From contig NW_008246092.1 in assembly GCF_000281045.1 (NCBI RefSeq), positions 146,853 to 210,852 of the forward strand: a DNA stretch of 64,000 bases. Direction: 5' to 3'. Shown in pieces: positions 59,707 to 64,000 of the stretch (positions are counted from its first letter, which is position 1; the number at the start of each line of letters is the position of its first letter). The translations under genes were made by a program, and so were the position numbers. Source of the stretch: Saprolegnia diclina VS20 (Eukaryota). The notes beneath the pieces are model-generated. The model searched no databases and was not told where the DNA came from. It worked only from the letters and a program-made list of their open reading frames with translations.

Positions 59707-60621
59707 CGTGCTTGTGTCTGGTGAATGGGGGAATGCTCGTAGTACGTGATGAGATGCGCCTTGCGGCTGCCGTGCCTCTGGCTCCGCGGTTGGCAGCCAG
59801 ATACGGCAACGTGACATGCGATTGGTTGGCACTGCACCAATCACAGCAGCGGACTCTGGTGATTGCACATTTCGCATTCCCACGCTGGGTTTCTCATGGT
59901 GTGTTTTGTGGGTTTTGTGGTTAATAGGGATGTGGACCACGCGACATGGCGCGTGACGTGAGCCAAGATTCGTTTTTGCAAAAGAAAACCTCCGAGAAGC
60001 CAAAATTGATGGCGCATGTGACAGGCCTGAGTAAGCTGAGATTGGACAAAGGATGTGCTAGCGCTGTCTCGCATCAACAACGCACACGCGCAGTTGCTGG
60101 CGGCGTGCATGTCTGCTCGCTCTGCGAGACCAAAGTGAAGACACCCATGAGCCAGGCTGGCGGTAGTTGAAGGGCCTTGGCGGCCGCGAGCCATGGCACA
60201 GCGTCGTGTCGTGGGAATCGCGTTCAGAAAGAAGCTCTGAGGCCAAGCTCGGATCCTTTCAACGTCTACGGTTTCTGCCGTTTCGAAATGTTCGTCTAAG
60301 ATTTGGTCTAAGATTGTAGTTTAAAAGTTTATCACCCTCCCATTGCTTTCGTAGTGTGGCCCATTCTCGCTACAGTCCACCTCGGTGAAGGCCACAACTG
60401 CCCTCTCGAGGAGGTCTCTCGAGGCCGTTGCGCAACGTTTCGTTGATGCAGCGCAGCTCCCATCAACCAAAGCAACGGTGACATCTAACAGCATGAAATC
60501 GAGACCGCAATCCGTGTCCTCGATGCAAGGTCCGAGGCATTTCATTCTCAGAGTTGCAGTGAACTCAAGCCGCTAAACAACGCACAGTAAAATACTCGTA
60601 TCCTCATTCAAGTGCCTCGCG

Positions 60622-61263
60622 CTACTGTATCGCGCAGCTTGTGGCGACCATGCCGCCGGCGACGACCGCGTCTTTGCCTGAATGTCGCGGGACGCTTTGT
60701 CGGCGCTCAAACTCGGCGCAGTGCGTAGTGAGGTACTGCAGCACCTTGGTATGTCCGTGTCGACGGGCCAGCGTAAATGCCAGCTGCGTGCAGCCTTCGC
60801 GCCGGTGTCGGTGCAGAAAGCGCACGACCGACAAATGGCCCGTCGCGGCAGCCACGTCCATGGCACCAGCGCTGCACCGTCCGAGGTCGTGTTCGTGGAG
60901 AAAAGTGAGCAGAACGACGTCCCCGAGGCGCGCTGCAGCGTCCATCGCGTAGAGCTCCGTGGCCGGGAGGCGCGGGACCACGTACCCCTCCGGGTAGTGA
61001 CGCACACAGAGCCGTGCGAGGGTGGATCGGCCATCTGCGAGGAGTCGAAACAGCACAAAGCAGCGCAAGACACTGTGGTCGTTGGCATCGATGTGCGCGT
61101 ACGCAGACTTGGTGAGCTGCCGCCGGTACTTTTTGAAGGCAGCAGCGAGCTCTTTTGGGCTTCCGTGCTGGAACTGCGTCATGTACGGGAGCAAGTCGGG
61201 CTGCCGCACTAGTGTGAGGAAGACCGACTCGGGTGCTGGTGTTGTGATGTGTTGAGTCGTCAT
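60622..61263 (-). CDS. Short ankyrin-like repeat protein, paralogue 5 (213 aa, CaaX CAIQ)
   Basis: LVRQPDLLPYMTQFQHG...LRCFVLFRL...AMDVAAATGHLSVVRFL...EGCT; ends CAIQ*. Confidence 0.85.
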   Translation of the reverse strand: MTTQHITTPAPESVFLTLVRQPDLLPYMTQFQHGSPKELAAAFKKYRRQLTKSAYAHIDANDHSVLRCFVLFRLLADGRSTLARLCVRHYPEGYVVPRLPATELYAMDAAARLGDVVLLTFLHEHDLGRCSAGAMDVAAATGHLSVVRFLHRHRREGCTQLAFTLARRHGHTKVLQYLTTHCAEFERRQSVPRHSGKDAVVAGGMVATSCAIQ

Positions 61264-62259
61264 GTTAAGAGAAAGTGAAAAGATGTCTGCGATCCATGCA
61301 GCATCACGAGCATCTGATTGGCCGACGCGATGGCCAATGGCATTTGCGTGTCAAACTGGTATCGGACGGTCGTGGTTCGGTTCCGATCGTTGGGGTTCCC
61401 AGTGCAAAGTGCTGGAAAGGTCGCGTCGTATACTGAGCATGCTAGCGCGCATCAGTCCAAGCTTGGGACGATGCGTCTTGCGCTATTTGCGTCGGAGAGG
61501 TTCGACCACCTTCGAACTCGCCGTGTACTTCAAGTCACAACAGGGTCAAGGACACCGGTACTGGTAGGCGATGCAACCAACAGTTACCGTCACTAGCATC
61601 AACACGTATTTTTAAATACATTGATGGGGCATGAGTGGCCGCACTATGCTGCCCTAGTAATAGTAGCGGTAGTTGCGCTTTGAATGGCTCGTGTATCTCA
61701 AACCCAACGTAGGGTCTGCTTTTATTGTAGCGCACCGCGCGTTCAGAAAGCCCACACGCAACATCGAGACCTCCGTCGGCGTAGAGTCGCAAAGTCGATG
61801 TGCACGCTTGAGAGATGACCGACAAAAGCCGTCTTCGGACCTCCCATCTCGCGAAACATAACGTTTGGACTCGCCTCGGATTACTGTAGTTTCCAGCTGG
61901 ACCACGGCTGCTCCGCTTGTTTGTTCGATCTCCATCGCACGGCTTCTTGGCGCGCTGAGCGAGTAGTTTGATTACGACAATGCATGATCGTAGTATGTTG
62001 ATCCAAGCTTGAAGCGACGTCGCTCGCAGACGTATACAAGGTCGCTCTGCTCCTCTAGGAAGCTTCTAGAACGACCAGCACTGCCACGTTTCCACAAACG
62101 CTCCGACAGCCAGAATGATCGACGCAGAGTCGGGAGCCAGGATACTGCAGGCACGGGTCGCGGTCAAATGGAGCAGCGTCGTTTGTTCGAATAGTTCTAG
62201 TGCACTGCACACCAATTTCATTCTCCTCACAGCCCCATTCATGTGCAGGAAACCGCGCT

Positions 62260-62310
62260 TAGATAGATTGATAGATAGATTGATAGAGGGATCCATAGAT
62301 ATAGATAGAC
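62260..62310. repeat. Imperfect (GATA)n microsatellite
   Basis: agatagattgatagatagattgatagag...atagatatagatagac. Confidence 0.7.
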
Positions 62311-62361
62311 ACAACATATATTTGCGTGCGTTAGCATTGCAATTTGATCCCGCAAAACCCG

Positions 62362-63414
62362 CTAGTTTTGGAGGACGATGCGGAAGCGGACATCGCCTGC
62401 ACGGACCTTCTTCAAGGCAGCCGACGCTTCGGCCATGGGCATCACCTGCACGATCGAGCGCACGTTCTTCTCGACGGCAAACTGCAGCATCTCTTCGATC
62501 GTCTCGGGCGACCCGATGAGCGACCCGACAAACGTGATCTGACGCGGCACGACCGAGAACGCCATGAACGAAATCGGCTTCTCCGGGAGACCCACGAGGA
62601 TAAACTTGCCTTCCGTCGCCACGAGGTTGAAGAGGAAGTTCCAGTCCGTCTTGTCACCGTACGACGTGCACAGCAAAATGTCAAACGACTGCGCCGCCGC
62701 CTTGACGGCCTCCGGGTCGCTGTAGTTGAGGTAGTGGTGCGCGCCGAGCACGTTCTTGCACTCGGCTTCCTTGGCCGCCGACGACGAGAGCGCCGTGACC
62801 TCGGCACCGAGTGCGACAGCCCACTGAATACCGAGGTGACCGAGACCGCCGATACCGAGAACCGCAACCTTCTTGCCAGGACCCGCGCCGTGGGCCTTGA
62901 GCGGCGAGTACGTCGTGACACCCGCGCACATCATGGGCGCCGCCGACTCGGACGGGAGGCCAGCCGGGATCGGAAACACAAACTTGGCGTGGCACCGGTA
63001 GTAGTCGGCGTACCCGCCCTGGGTCACGTACCCCGCCTTGTTGGTACTGCCGTACGTCCAGAGCATTTCGGGACAGAGCTGCTCCTTGTTCTTGTCGCAC
63101 TGCGCGCAGTTGAGGCAGCTCTCGCACTGGGCGCCGACCCCGACACGCATGCCAATGGCAAACTTGGTCTTGTCGACCTTGGAGCCGATGCGGACGACGT
63201 GGCCGACGATCTCGTGGCCGACGACGAGCGGGTAGTCGATTTCACCCCAGCCGCCCGAGATCGTGTGCAGGTCCGAGCCGCAGATGCCGCAGTGGGTCAC
63301 CTTGACTTCAATGTCGTACTCTTCGTCGAACGGCTTGGCCGCATACGAATGCGGCTTGACGTCGAGGCCGGGCTCATGCGCGGCTTGACCGCGGTAGATG
63401 TCGTTGGAGGCCAT
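62362..63414 (-). CDS. Zinc-dependent, probably NADP(H)-linked alcohol dehydrogenase (CAD/ADH6/YahK-like), 350 aa
   Basis: CGICGSDLH, GHEIVG, CLNCAQC...QLC, GGYA, APMMCAGVT, GIGGLGH, GDVRFRIVL. Intronless. Confidence 0.95.
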   Translation of the reverse strand: MASNDIYRGQAAHEPGLDVKPHSYAAKPFDEEYDIEVKVTHCGICGSDLHTISGGWGEIDYPLVVGHEIVGHVVRIGSKVDKTKFAIGMRVGVGAQCESCLNCAQCDKNKEQLCPEMLWTYGSTNKAGYVTQGGYADYYRCHAKFVFPIPAGLPSESAAPMMCAGVTTYSPLKAHGAGPGKKVAVLGIGGLGHLGIQWAVALGAEVTALSSSAAKEAECKNVLGAHHYLNYSDPEAVKAAAQSFDILLCTSYGDKTDWNFLFNLVATEGKFILVGLPEKPISFMAFSVVPRQITFVGSLIGSPETIEEMLQFAVEKNVRSIVQVMPMAEASAALKKVRAGDVRFRIVLQN

Positions 63415-64000
63415 TGTGGGTGCTGCTGACGAAGTTCGAATATGACGGGAAAGGGACTTACTTGTTGAAGCCTTGCTGAGTTCTTGAAGCGGCGATTGGT
63501 CCAACGGTGAGTACAACGCCGCGGCGGACGAATCACGACCGCGCGCGAGATAGGCGATCGAGAAACGCATCACGTCGTTGGCAGCGTATCTTGGCGCCGA
63601 GCAGCCACTCAAGTCGGCTGCAATGCATTTACGTGTACATGCACCCACGTGCTCGCCTTGGGTGGCAAGAATGGTGTCTTTCTAATCTTCGAGACGGAAT
63701 GGACACCGACCGTCCGACACTGCGCTGAGGTCCGACTTGGGTGTGCGAGGGAAGGGGAAACTTGCGATTTCAGGAGGTAGAGATGGAGCGTGCGGCGATC
63801 TTGAATACAAGTTGGGGCGTTGCAGGGTCAATGGGCGTGAAGGGACGAGGTGAAACGTCGTACCTTGCATGCAGCGGCTCCGTTGAGGTTGTCTCCGTGG
63901 GTGGGTGCGCGTGGCGTTCGCGTTGGCTGCACAAAGTCCGGTATTCTTGCTGCTCGGAATTATTGAGGCGTGGATGACGTGCACGCTGTGAGAGCCGCTC

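Overview
Gene-dense, GC-rich eukaryotic DNA with short (~45-60 nt) GT-AG introns, CCAAT boxes and oomycete-type initiator (INR/FPR) motifs. Gene content and style point to a Saprolegniales oomycete (Saprolegnia/Achlya-like); this is an inference, no search was run. About 26 protein-coding genes are supportable: divergent kinesin, MYND protein, MED20, MuDR-type DNA-binding protein, S10 carboxypeptidase, RecQ, SAM-TIR-ARM protein, TatD, domesticated BED-hAT, BCAT, Sfi1-repeat+GAF protein, five short ankyrin-like paralogues, EF-hand protein, multidomain CHD remodeller, Sel1/TPR protein, two membrane-anchored aspartic proteases, GPAT/DHAPAT-like acyltransferase, zinc alcohol dehydrogenase and several hypothetical proteins. 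The left end is transposon debris (L1-type remnant inside an inverted repeat carrying an MCM7 fragment, plus a MITE-like element). There is one assembly gap. Top candidates for novelty: (1) a predicted myristoylated SAM-TIR-ARM protein with a SARM1-like TIR and intact catalytic Glu in a permuted domain order; (2) five intronless F-box-like/ankyrin genes, four ending in CaaX (C-x-x-Q); (3) a CHD6-9-type remodeller fused to PDZ, AP2, QLQ and PZP domains. Domain calls come from recognising motifs by eye, and boundaries of multi-exon genes are approximate.
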